Made by a program: the position numbers and the translations under genes. A stretch of DNA of 64,000 bases, taken from an uncultured Planctomycetota bacterium. GTDB lineage: Bacteria; Planctomycetota; Planctomycetia; Isosphaerales; Isosphaeraceae. The first letter of the stretch is position 1. Every line of letters begins with the position of its first letter. The stretch lies in contig CAWJTV010000019.1 of the NCBI GenBank assembly GCA_963845755.1, forward strand, positions 320,001 through 384,000, written 5' to 3'. Of the stretch, positions 25,377 to 34,820 are shown one piece after another. Under the pieces are notes generated by a model. It did not search any database. It worked only from the letters and a program-made list of their open reading frames with translations, and was not told where the DNA came from.

Positions 25377-25407
25377 TTCTCTGTGCCCTCTGTGACTTTG
25401 TAGTGAG
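25377..25407 (-). repeat. Orphan copy of the 31-bp CACAGAG repeat family that flanks the GxxExxY gene
   Basis: TTCTCTGTGCCCTCTGTGACTTTGTAGTGAG compared with TTCTCTGTGTTCTCTGTGACTCTGTGGTGAA at 32016-32046. Confidence 0.75.
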
Positions 25408-25418
25408 TCTCTTTTGAT

Positions 25419-25508
25419 TAGACTTTATCGGGAATAAGGTCTTTCGCCATTTTTCGCCGGTTTTTTCAGGGGTTTTGGGGCACGAAACCTTATTCCCGAT
25501 AAAGTCTA
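25419..25508. mobile_element. 90-bp MITE-like element with perfect 22-bp inverted ends
   Basis: TAGACTTTATCGGGAATAAGGT (25419-25440) and ACCTTATTCCCGATAAAGTCTA (25487-25508). The outermost TA on each side could be a target duplication. Confidence 0.65.
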
Positions 25509-25531
25509 TTGGTTGGTTGCGGCTCGGCCGC

Positions 25532-25588
25532 GCTGTGAGCACGGTGTTCGGCAGAGCAACGGGGATTCGTGCTCACAGAGCACCCTAC
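25532..25588. repeat. Degenerate GTAG-type REP-like palindrome
   Basis: CTGTGAGCAC ... GTGCTCACAG stem ending in CACCCTAC (reverse complement GTAGGGTG), just downstream of the oxidoreductase stop codon. Confidence 0.5.
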
Positions 25589-25607
25589 AGAGACCTTACA
25601 AAATGCT

Positions 25608-26970
25608 CTAAACGTGGAGCGACCAGGGCTTGCGATACTCGTAGTGCAGGAGCTGGTTGGCTTCGTCGCAGTGGATGAATCGTTCGGCCTGGGGGTCCCA
25701 GTCGAGCCGTTTGCGGGTGGCCAGGGCGATATTCGCCAGGTGGGCGAAGGTGGTCGAGCGGTGGCCCTCCTCGACGTCGGCGATGGGCCGCTTGCGGCCC
25801 TTGACGTTGTCGAGGAAGTCGCGGGCGGCCTGCTGGTCGAGATCGCCATCAGTCGCCTTGACGACCAGGCCCTTCCGCCGGGGCTTGGGGTCCTGGAACG
25901 CGCCGCCGCGCTCGGGGACGATTTCGTAACCCCGGATGGTCGCATACGCGGTCCCGAGCGTGCCGCGGAGCTCGACCTCGGCGCCGCGGCCGAGCACCGG
26001 CTGGCCATTGGCCTCGTAGATGCTGAAGACGCTGAGCATGCCCGAAGCATGCTCGAAGATCGCCTCGCTGGTATCGGGAATCGTGCGGTCGTCATCGACG
26101 GCGAACCGCCCGCCGTGCGCCGAGACGCTCGCCGGGGCCAGCTCCCCGGTCAGCCATCGGATCAGGTCGAAGTAATGGACGCCCCAGTTCGCCATTTGCG
26201 ACGAGTAGAGGTCCCACCACCGGAACTTGTAGGGCATGATCGTCGCCTGAAACGGGCGCGACGGCCTCGGGCCGAGCCAGAGGTCCCAGTCCAGATCGGC
26301 CGGCGGTGCGGATGCGGGGGCGTGACCGATCCCGGCGGGAGTCATGTTATTGCTGAACGCGGCGCGGGCTACGGTCACCTTGCCGAGTGCCCCGGAGCGG
26401 ACCGTTTCGGCGAGCTGGGCGTACATCCGTGACGAACGCCGATGCGTGCCGACCTGGACGATCCGGTCGTACTTTCGCGCCGCGTTGACCATCGCCCGGC
26501 CCTCGACGACCGTCATCGACATCGGCTTCTCGACGTAGACGTCCTTCCCCGCCTGGCAGGCGGCGATCATCTGGATGGCGTGCCAGTGGTCGGGCGTGGC
26601 GATCACCACGGCTTCGACATCCTTGTTGTCGAGCACCGCGCGGAAATCCTTCACGCGGGCGACGTCCCCCTCGATCTTCGGCATCTGGGCCCGGCGCCCG
26701 CCCAGGCCGTCGAACCGCGGGTCGACGCCGCTCGTAAGCCCCGTGAAGGTACGGCTCGTAGACGTCGCACAGCGCGACGACCTGGGCGTCGGGATGGGCC
26801 AGGAAGCCCTTCAGGAGCTGGCAACCGCGATTGCCGACGCCGATGAAGCCCAGCCGGATCCGTTCGTTGGCCCCGAGCACGCGGCCCGGCGCCAGGCTCA
26901 CCGCGGAGGCCGCAGTCGCCGCCGCCAGGGTGGTCTTCGAAAACGTCCGACGGTCGATTTTCTGTGACAT
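25608..26970 (-). CDS. Gfo/Idh/MocA oxidoreductase with a Tat signal; frameshift near 26740
   Basis: IDRRTFSK Tat motif; RIRLGFIGVGNRG; IATPDHWH; KDVYVEKP; DWDLWLGP; NWGVHYFD. Confidence 0.9.
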
Positions 26971-27131
26971 GCTCGGAGTCTCCAACGGGTTGTGGTCCGC
27001 GGCACCTAAAGCCCTTCACGCCCATGAGACATCGCGATCGTCGCGAAGTCAATGACGCGGCGGGCCGGCGCTGGTGCGGCCGACACTTCGTCCGTTGTAG
27101 AATGATCGAAGAGGATTCAGGAGACCAAGCG

Positions 27132-27693
27132 ATGTTAAAGCACATCACCTTGAAGCTGATTGCGACTCTCCTGGCAATCGTCGTCACGTCGCCGGCGGTG
27201 GCCTTCGGTCCTGGGGAAGCGGCTGGCGGTCGCCGGCCGGCTCCAACGATCAAGGCGTTCCCCAAGGGCACCGATTTCGTCGTCCTCGTCTGGTATCGCC
27301 GCGACGATCCGCTGGGGACCTTCGAGCATCAGTTCTACGACGTGCGCAAGGGAGAGTACACCTCGGGGGTTGACGACTGGCTCACGGCTCATGCGTACGA
27401 AATACGCCGACTATCTCGTCGTGGTGCGGCCGGTTCGACCTGAGCCGCGAGCGCGGCGAGACCGAGAAGCTCAAGGTGGGATCGGTCATCCATCGCGAGC
27501 TGATGATCGCCGCCGCCCGGTCCGGCGTGGTCGTCGGGGCACCGATCACCATCAGCCCAGGGCCGTACGCCGGTCAAGCTCCGTCGTCGAGCGTCAATCG
27601 AATGCCCACTGTCGGCGGGGGTGACCGGAGTTACCTCAACGCCCCGGTCCCTCGTTCCCGGTTCCCATGCCGTATCCGCGGCCTCATCCGTGA
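27132..27693 (+). CDS. Secreted hypothetical protein (frameshifted)
   Basis: Signal peptide MLKHITLKLIATLLAIVVTS; coding-like segments in three frames (VWYRRDDPLGTF..., TEKLKVGSVIHREL..., MPYPRPHP-stop). Confidence 0.5.
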
Positions 27694-27745
27694 TGGACTG
27701 CCCCGACTGCTGGTGACGGCGTATTGTCGTTCGAGACACGAGGAA

Positions 27746-29206
27746 ATGTCGGACATGCGAACCTGGATCATCGGCAGCGCCGCAGATTGCGACCTCGTCG
27801 TCACGCGACCGACGGTATCGGGGCGTCATTGCCGCCTGTCCGAGACACCTGGCGGCTTCCTCATCGAGGATCTGGGGTCGTCGAATGGGACGTACGTCAA
27901 TGGCGTGTGGATCGGGGCGTCGACACGCATCGCGCCCACTGACACCGTCACGCTGGGCCTGTCGATCCTCATGCCCTGGCCCGTGGTCGCCGGTGCGCCG
28001 GGAGTGACGATCATCGGGATCGGCCGGGCTGAGGACAACAAGATCGTCGTCGATGACCCGAGGGTCTCCGGCCATCATGCCCGGCTGCTCGTCGTCCCGG
28101 GATCGAAGGCGATGGTCGAGGATCTCGGCTCGTCCAACGGGACATTCGTGAATTCCGTCGATCGGCGGGTCATCCAGGCTGTCCCGATCACGGAATCCGA
28201 CACACTCTACCTGGGATCGCTGGCGATCCCGGTCGCTCAGCTCCTGCCCGCGCGACCCAAGACCGAGACGGCAGTCCCTCTGCCGATCGCGCCCATCGCA
28301 CCGATCGCGCCCATCGCACCGATCGCGCGACCGATCCCGACGCCGGAACCGCGTCCACTTCCCGTTCCACTCCCGCTTCCGGTTTCCGCACCGGCACCCG
28401 CGGCTTCGACGACCGCACCGGGATCTGCTCGTCGATGGGCGATCTATCTGCTGGTCCCTGCGCCGGTCCTGGCGATCCTGGTCGTCCTGATCTTCGGACG
28501 ACAGACCGTTGCGGGGAGCGCGGGGGCGAATGAGGCACTCGGTCGCACAGGGCATCGCCGCGACGACCTTCGCCCTGGGAGTGGCCGCGATCGGACTGGC
28601 GCTTCCCTGGCAGTTTGGGCCGCGGTCGTCGGTCGGCCGACCCGCGGGGGCGCGGGCACCATCGGGGCCAGGCTCCTCGCTTTCCCAGCGGTGCGGATCG
28701 TGACGCTCGTCGTCCTGTGCGTCCTCCAGTGCGCGGTGCTGCTGACGATCGTTCATTGGGGGAGCGGCTTGAAGGGCGATTGGCTGGCGATGTTCGGCGT
28801 GCTGATGCTGGGGGCGGGAGTGGGGTTGTCGCTCGGGTTAGCCGTATTCGCCCTGAGCCGAAGCGCCGTCGCCACCGCCGGGGTCTTGGTCCTGAGCCTT
28901 CTGTCGATGATCGCGCTGGGCGGATGGGTCCGGCCGCTGCCCGCGATGAGCCCGAACGTCCGGACGGCGGCGGCAGCCATGCCTTCGCGCTGGGCGTTCG
29001 AAGGTCTCCTCTTGCTCGAAGCCGACCGACGTTTGTCGCCCGAGGGCACCGAGCCCAACCCGAACCGCGACCTCAGCGAGGACGTCTTCCCGGCCGGGTC
29101 CGAGCGAATGGGCGTGACCGCCGACGCGATGGCCCTGGGATTCATGCTGATCGGCTTGACGGCCACGGCAGCGTTCATTTCGTCGAGCTGGAAGCCTTCG
29201 CAATAA
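27746..29206 (+). CDS. Double-FHA-domain protein with an ABC-2 permease-like membrane domain
   Basis: FHA1 (IIGSAADCD..VSGRHC..EDLGSSNGTYVNG) and FHA2 (IGRAEDN..VSGHHA..EDLGSSNGTFVN), a Pro-rich linker, TM helices and MPSRWAFEGLL. A local compensating frameshift lies at about 28540-28600. Confidence 0.8.
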   Translation: MSDMRTWIIGSAADCDLVVTRPTVSGRHCRLSETPGGFLIEDLGSSNGTYVNGVWIGASTRIAPTDTVTLGLSILMPWPVVAGAPGVTIIGIGRAEDNKIVVDDPRVSGHHARLLVVPGSKAMVEDLGSSNGTFVNSVDRRVIQAVPITESDTLYLGSLAIPVAQLLPARPKTETAVPLPIAPIAPIAPIAPIARPIPTPEPRPLPVPLPLPVSAPAPAASTTAPGSARRWAIYLLVPAPVLAILVVLIFGRQTVAGSAGANEALGRTGHRRDDLRPGSGRDRTGASLAVWAAVVGRPTRGGAGTIGARLLAFPAVRIVTLVVLCVLQCAVLLTIVHWGSGLKGDWLAMFGVLMLGAGVGLSLGLAVFALSRSAVATAGVLVLSLLSMIALGGWVRPLPAMSPNVRTAAAAMPSRWAFEGLLLLEADRRLSPEGTEPNPNRDLSEDVFPAGSERMGVTADAMALGFMLIGLTATAAFISSSWKPSQ

Positions 29207-30306
29207 GTTCTTTCAACTCCTTCAAGCGCTTCCGGGCGGCTGTGTGGGCGCGGAGATGGTTGTTGACCAGGGAGGACTTGGCCTTGGGGTCCGGCTGTAC
29301 CCGGCCATTGGGAAAACCGTGGGACGCCGCGTACTGCTCCAGTTTGCGGAGGAACATCAGCGACTTGTACGGGCTGCGGCCGGACTGGCTCATCCGCTGA
29401 TAAGTCCAGACATCGGCCTCGTACTCGAGTGGATCGGGGTAACCGAAGGGGATGATGATCATGTAGAGCTTTTGGAGGGTTCCCATGTTGATATTCATCA
29501 CTCCTGGATCTTGAAGACACCGGATCGCGTGCCCAAGCTCGACGTGGGCGATCTCGTGGCCGATGACGAATTCCAGGACATAATCCTCGTCCTCGCCGAT
29601 CAGGTTGAAGAGCCCCCGACTGACGTAAACGAATCGCCCCGGATGGGAGAAGGCGTTCACGGCATCGGAATCCAGGACCGTGAATGTGTACTCCGGATCC
29701 TTGCGAGCGAGGGTCTTGAGGAAGGGTTCGGCAGCCGCTTCCATGCGAGCTTGCCAGGAGCCGGACTTCTCGGGCGGGTTGAGAAGCAGGATGCAGCTGG
29801 TGCAGTTCGCGGCCGATCTGGAGTTCGTCCTGAGTCGTGAGATTCGCGAGGTCCCAGGACTTCGCGAGTTCGGGCTGATCCCAGAATGGGTCGAGTTTCC
29901 GTGCCGGTTTTTCCGGAGCGGCGACCTTGGCGGCTGTCGCTTCCGGCGCGGGAGCCGTGGTTGGGATGGGCGCGGATGTCAGCGGAGGCTTGGTTTCGAC
30001 GACGACGGTGATGGGCGTGGTGGGCGGCGATGCTTCCTTGGCGGATCCTGGCAGCGGAGGCGTCTCCGGGGATTTCACCGCCACTTCGGTCTTTGGGGAA
30101 GCGGGCGCGGGGGGCGTCATGGCCGGGACGCCTTTCGCCTCCTCTTCGGGAGGAACCGGCGCGGGCGGTGCTGTCTCGGCCGCCGCGAGCCTTTCCCGGC
30201 GCAGGTGCAACGATTCCCGATACGACTCGCCCTGAAGGCCGATGAGCCAGATCGAGCCGGCCACGTAGAGACATCCCACGATCGCGGCGACGACGTAGCG
30301 GATCAT
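29175..30306 (-). CDS. M48 family metalloprotease with an N-terminal TM anchor and Pro-rich linker; frameshift near 29793
   Basis: VNAFSHPG, FVIGHEIAH (HExxH), EYEAD. Confidence 0.85.
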
Positions 30307-30324
30307 GTCACTGTGCCTCTCGCC

Positions 30325-31296
30325 TCATTTATCGGGTGCCTCTACGGCCCCCTTGAGCTTGTCGCGCTGCTGGACGAGCGATGCATGAAGATCGGGGTAG
30401 AGTTGCCTCTCCTCCGGGCTATCGGCAGGAGCGAACGTAAGATTATATTTGTGCATGAAGACCCGCAGATCATTCACGGTCGTGCCGGAATACCGGTCGA
30501 TCTCTCCCAGGGTCCGCTCCACTTTCTGGTGTTTCAGAATGTCCACGGAGTTCTTCAGCTCATTCAATTGTTTCTTCGCGTCGAGATAGATGGTGTCGCG
30601 GCCCGGCACGGATTGGTCGTTCAGCTTGCGGTCGAGGTCGTCCACGGCCTTGTCGAGGGTCCTGAGGGTCGGCTCCTGCAACTTCCCCTCAATCGCCGCT
30701 TCGAGGACATTGTCCAGGGCGCGTTCATACGCCTGGCGATCGAGGTCAAACCGCGTCCCGCGGAAGGCCATGGGCCACTTCTGCTTGCTCCGGAGCGTGA
30801 GCCGGCTCATCGAGAAGATGGCTTTCTTCTCGGCGAGCTTGAAGGGGATGCGCCGCACGACGTCGACCGGAAGCGGGACCTCGGCATAGCGGAAGGAGGA
30901 GTCGGAAATCTTGGGGTTCATGAGGTCATTCAAGACGACATTCAGGGCATTGCCGCTCAAGACATCGAGCTTCTCCGGGCTCTCGAGGTAGCGCTGGTGG
31001 GCCTTGTCGTATTCTTCCTTCTCCTTCGCTCGGTCCGCCGCGCGGTGCGCGGCGAGCTCCCGGCTACCGTTCTTGACACACGCATCGACGTATTCATTCC
31101 ACCGGATGGCCGTGTCGGTATTGATGGAGTTGGCCTGGGCCGTGTGGAGGTTGAACTGTCCCATCCCCGCGGCTTCGATCCCCACCCCGCGGAGGTAATC
31201 GCCCGCGACCGTCGAGCCGGCCCCGATGTTTTGTGCCCGGGCCGGCGTTCCCAGCAGGATCGGAATCAGCAGGACTCCCAGGATTCTTCGCGCCAT
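30325..31296 (-). CDS. Secreted hypothetical alpha-helical protein
   Basis: Signal peptide (MARRILGVLLIPILLGTPARA), GAGGGAG RBS, 323-aa open frame. Confidence 0.75.
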   Translation of the reverse strand: MARRILGVLLIPILLGTPARAQNIGAGSTVAGDYLRGVGIEAAGMGQFNLHTAQANSINTDTAIRWNEYVDACVKNGSRELAAHRAADRAKEKEEYDKAHQRYLESPEKLDVLSGNALNVVLNDLMNPKISDSSFRYAEVPLPVDVVRRIPFKLAEKKAIFSMSRLTLRSKQKWPMAFRGTRFDLDRQAYERALDNVLEAAIEGKLQEPTLRTLDKAVDDLDRKLNDQSVPGRDTIYLDAKKQLNELKNSVDILKHQKVERTLGEIDRYSGTTVNDLRVFMHKYNLTFAPADSPEERQLYPDLHASLVQQRDKLKGAVEAPDK

Positions 31297-31329
31297 GTTC
31301 GACTCCCTCGGTTTGATCGATCCGGATAG

Positions 31330-32046
31330 TTCACCACAGAGTCACAGAGAGCACAGAGAAGACAGGAACAACCAGAACTCGATCCCGGATTCCTCACCAC
31401 AGAATCACAGACAGTATAGAAGATAATGAAACATGATAATCTATAAATTATACCGAATTGCGATCATAACGTCTTTCCGCCTTTTCGTATTCTCTGTGTA
31501 ATCTGTGACTCTGTGGTGAACCAATCCGATCCAAGCCTCTCTCGGTTCGCCCCATCGGAAAACCGGGCTAGAGCTTCCTGCGTTTGATCCCTTCCTTGAG
31601 CAATCGCACATTGAAGTTGATCAGGAGCCCCTTCGAGATCTTCGCGAGTTTCATGTAGGTGAGCAACTGGGCTTCATGGATCGGCGACGAGTTCATGGAC
31701 CGCCTTGACCTCGACGATCAGCAGGCCGGGGAGGAGGATGTCGATGCGGAGGTCGTCGTCCAGGGCACGGCCTTTGTAAATGATCGGAAGCGGGTCCTGT
31801 CGTCGGAACTCGATCCCGCGCTGTTCGAGCTCATAACAAAGACACGTCTCATAGACCGATTCCAGCAATCCCGGCCCCAGGATGCGGTGGACCTCGATCG
31901 CCGCGCCGATGATCGATTCGGTAAGAATGTCGCGTTCATTGATCGGATCAGGTGTCATCGAACCTTGTTTCTCCGGATGACTCTAGTTCTCCCAAAAACC
32001 TGTCGTTCTCGGTATTTCTCTGTGTTCTCTGTGACTCTGTGGTGAA
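31330..32046. repeat. Four copies of a ~31-bp repeat (TTCACCACAGAGTCACAGAGAGCACAGAGAA) around the GxxExxY gene
   Basis: Plus-strand copies at 31330-31360 and 31393-31421; minus-strand copies at 31490-31520 and 32016-32046. The first and last copies are inverted repeats with 1 mismatch. Confidence 0.9.
31568..31958 (-). CDS. GxxExxY protein (PD-(D/E)XK nuclease-like); frameshift near 31685
   Basis: [38 protein letters not shown]. After the frameshift it reads [26 protein letters not shown]. Confidence 0.9.
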
Positions 32047-32065
32047 AACTCTTCTCCATCTTCCC

Positions 32066-33039
32066 TCACGTCACTTTGATTTGGAAGCGTTGCTCGCCGA
32101 TCTGGAACTGGACGGTGGCCTCGACGGTGATCTGCGTCATCCGCAGCCAAAGGCCGTTGGGGGTCTTGTTGTGCTCGGCGTGCCAGCCTCCCTTGGGTTT
32201 CCGATAAACACGGACGTGCCTCGGCTCGCAGAACGGGTCATCCGGCCGGCAGATCGGGCAGTCGGGTCGGAGCCGATCCAGTATTCGGGCTTGACCAGGA
32301 GGATCCGATTGCCGATCTCCGAGCCGATCAGCTCGGTCAGGGCCGGGGGGCGGAACGGGCTGGGCCCGTCATCCCAGCCGTGAGTTTCGCCCCGGCCCGG
32401 CAAGTCAGCCGAATAATCGGCCGTCGCGGCAGTTTCGACCTGGGGCGCATCGAACCGGTACCGGCCGTTGCCGACCAGGACCTCGGCCTTGTCGGCCAGC
32501 ACGGTCTTGCTGACGCGGACGAACATCCCGTGCGTGCTCTGAAGATCGGTGACGACCCATCGGTGAATGCCGCCGACGTTCTGATAGGTGATCTCGACGT
32601 GCCTGGCCGACATGCGATTGTCGAGTCGAATGCGGAGGTCCCCCTCGGTCCGGCCGATAACGAACCGCGGCTCGCGGATCCGGATGATCTCGCCATCGAT
32701 CCGCCCGTCGTCGAAGACGGTCAAGAGCGCGATCGGCGGCCGGGCAGTCGGCCGGAACGGGCTGGCCGACCGCGCGGCCGGCTGCGGTTGTTGGCCGCTT
32801 GCCGGCGCCGGCGGCGGGGCCGAGGGCACGGCCACCGGAATCGGTGGCTGACCCTTCAGGCCGGAGAGCAGCGCCTGGCGGACGTCTTCCTCCGTCTCGA
32901 TCAAGGTGCCGGAGCGCTCGACGGGCTGTTGAGCCTGGCCGGCCGGGGGCCGCAGGAGCGGGTCCGGACGCGACTCGACCAAGGTGCCGGATCGTTCCGC
33001 ATTCGGGTTCGGTTGACTCGGTCTGAGTGGTTGAGACAT
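32066..33039 (-). CDS. FHA-domain protein with a second FHA-like domain; frameshift near 32262
   Basis: FVIGRTEGD...MSARHVEI...DLQSTHGMF. The C-terminal part reads YWIGSDP..CEPRHVRV..NKTPNGLWLR..QIGEQRF. Confidence 0.82.
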
Positions 33040-33104
33040 CAATTCGTCTCCTTGCTGCGACCAGAGACTGGGAATCAGTACGGGTGCCGGACGTCGCGGC
33101 GCAT

Positions 33105-33462
33105 TCAGGTCGTGGGCAGCACGTCATACCAGTCGTGGACGCCCGGTTGGAGTATTCGTTCAGCAAGGGTCTCGAGCTGATCGATGTCCTGGGTTGCCTC
33201 GATCGCGGCGCGGGTCGTGGCATCGGGCGCGCCGAACCGCCTGGCCCCCTGACGAAGCAGGATTCGCCGCGCCTCGTTGAGACGGCCCTCCAGCCGGCCT
33301 TGCTCAAATATCCACTGATACATCTTCGAACCCACTAAGCTCGAACCCATGTTCACCGCCCTTCCAGCACGGCAGACGAGCCGTCACTTCGTCCGCAAGT
33401 CGCAGACCCATGAGCCGGTACGTCGCGGTCCCGAGCCTGGCCGCTCGCGGCGGCGGCTTCGT
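33105..33462 (-). CDS. Rpn-like C-terminal cassette 3 (degenerate 5' part; intact 81-aa DUF4351-like ORF at 33105-33350)
   Basis: KPPPRAARLGTATYRLMGLR... followed by MGSSLVGSKMYQWIFEQGRLEGRLNEARRILLRQGARRFGAPD...HDWYDVL. Confidence 0.75.
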
Positions 33463-33465
33463 GGC

Positions 33466-33831
33466 TCACAGAGTGCCCAGGAGGCCATTCCAGTCGTGGA
33501 GACTCAGGTCGACGATCCGGTCGCTCAGCCGCTCCAGGCGATCGAGATCGCCGATCGCCTCGATGGCGGCCCGGGTTGTCTCGTCGGGAAGCCCGACGCG
33601 AATCCCTCCCAGTCGGAGGAGGAGCCGCTGCGCCTCGCGGACGCGGCCTTCATTGCGCCACTCGATGAGTCCCTCCCCCCGGCCTTCCTACAAGATGAGC
33701 TGATACATCGCCGATTCACGCATGTTGTACACTCCGTCCACTAACTGTTTGGCAAACATCGGCTGATAACGCAGCGCCATCAGAAAGAGCGTGGCGATCC
33801 AGAGCTTCTCCGCCCGCGGCACCGGCTTCAT
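33466..33831 (-). pseudogene. Rpn-like C-terminal cassette 2 (in-frame TAG at 33688-33690)
   Basis: MKPVPRAEKLWIATLFLMALRYQPMFAKQLVDGVYNMRESAMYQLIL*EGRGEG...EAQRLLLRLG..HDWNGLLGTL, colinear with the C-terminus of the upstream gene. Confidence 0.8.
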
Positions 33832-33834
33832 GGT

Positions 33835-34694
33835 TCACAGAATGCCCAGGAGGCCATTCCAGTCGTGGATGCTAGTATCCAGCACCCGTTTGGTCAGTTG
33901 CTCCAGTCGTTCGACATCGCGGATGGCCTCGATGGTGCCCCGAGTCGCTTCGTCCGGCTCTCTGAAGCGGGCCTCACCCAGGATCAAGAGCATCCGCTGC
34001 GCCTCGCCGACACGACCCTCGTTGCGGCCCTCGCTCAGGGTGGCCTGATAGGTAGTGGATTCCCGCATATTCTGCACTCCTTCCAACAACTTCCAGGCGA
34101 ACGCTTGCTCGTAACGCAACCCCATCAGCCAGTAAGCCGCGGTCCAGAACTTACCTGCCCGCGGCGGCGGCTCAGCGTTGATCCGCTCGGCCATCCGCCG
34201 CACCAACTCGGGCAGCGACTCCTCCACGACGTTGGTCAGCGGGGCCAGGGGCACCAGGTTGACCCCGCCGGCCAGGTACGCCTCGGGGTCCTCCTGCCAG
34301 AGCCGCACCACGCGGTAATTATACCGATTCGTCTGCCAGCCGTCGGGGAGCTGCCGCTCATAAGTCCCGGTCAGGCCGGGCGAGTTGGCCTCCTTGCACA
34401 GGAGCACCAGGACGGTGAGCACCGGCAGGTTGTGGCGATAATCGAGGGCGACTTGACGGTACCAGAGCGTCCGGGCCAGGCCGGTGTCATGGTAGGAGTG
34501 GGGCTCGATATTGATCAGGTAGGGCTCGGGGCCATCGACGGCAGCACCTTGTCGGCGGAGGCGGTCAGGGTGGTGATGTCCGAGTCGATGACGGTGACCG
34601 GCCCGAGGGGGCCGATGGCGAACCGTTCCAGCCAGGCGTCGGGGCCCTCCCAGACCAGTTCCTTGGCCGAGACGTCGAGGCGGTTGAAATCCAT
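33835..34694 (-). CDS. Rpn/YhgA-like (PD-(D/E)XK, DUF4351-tailed) protein; frameshift near 34540
   Basis: DVSAKELVW..AWL; DSDITTLTASADKVL; PYLINIE; RHNLPVLTVLVLL; YRVVRLWQED; LVPLAPL; MRESTTYQ..EGRNEGRVGEAQR. Confidence 0.75.
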
Positions 34695-34820
34695 GAGGAC
34701 GCTCCGTATCTCGTCGGGCCCAGACCCAACGGGCCACCGGCTCGGCACAAACCCTCTCGCGACGCGATCCATTGAGCGCCCGAACGATCCGACTCGCCAC
34801 GCTCACTTCACTTCTCGGTA

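Noticed and set aside
29680..31329. 549-aa plus-strand ORF and similar long antisense ORFs (e.g. 39371-41188, 45259-47031, 7462-9042)
   Set aside because: These are shadow frames of real genes on the opposite strand in high-GC DNA, with no recognisable motifs.
31330..32046. CRISPR array interpretation of the 31-bp repeats
   Set aside because: The copies are in mixed orientation with irregular spacing, one interval contains a gene, and no cas genes are present.
33105..34694. Diversity-generating retroelement (template/variable repeat) explanation for the Rpn tail copies
   Set aside because: No reverse transcriptase is in the window, and the differences between copies are not restricted to adenines.
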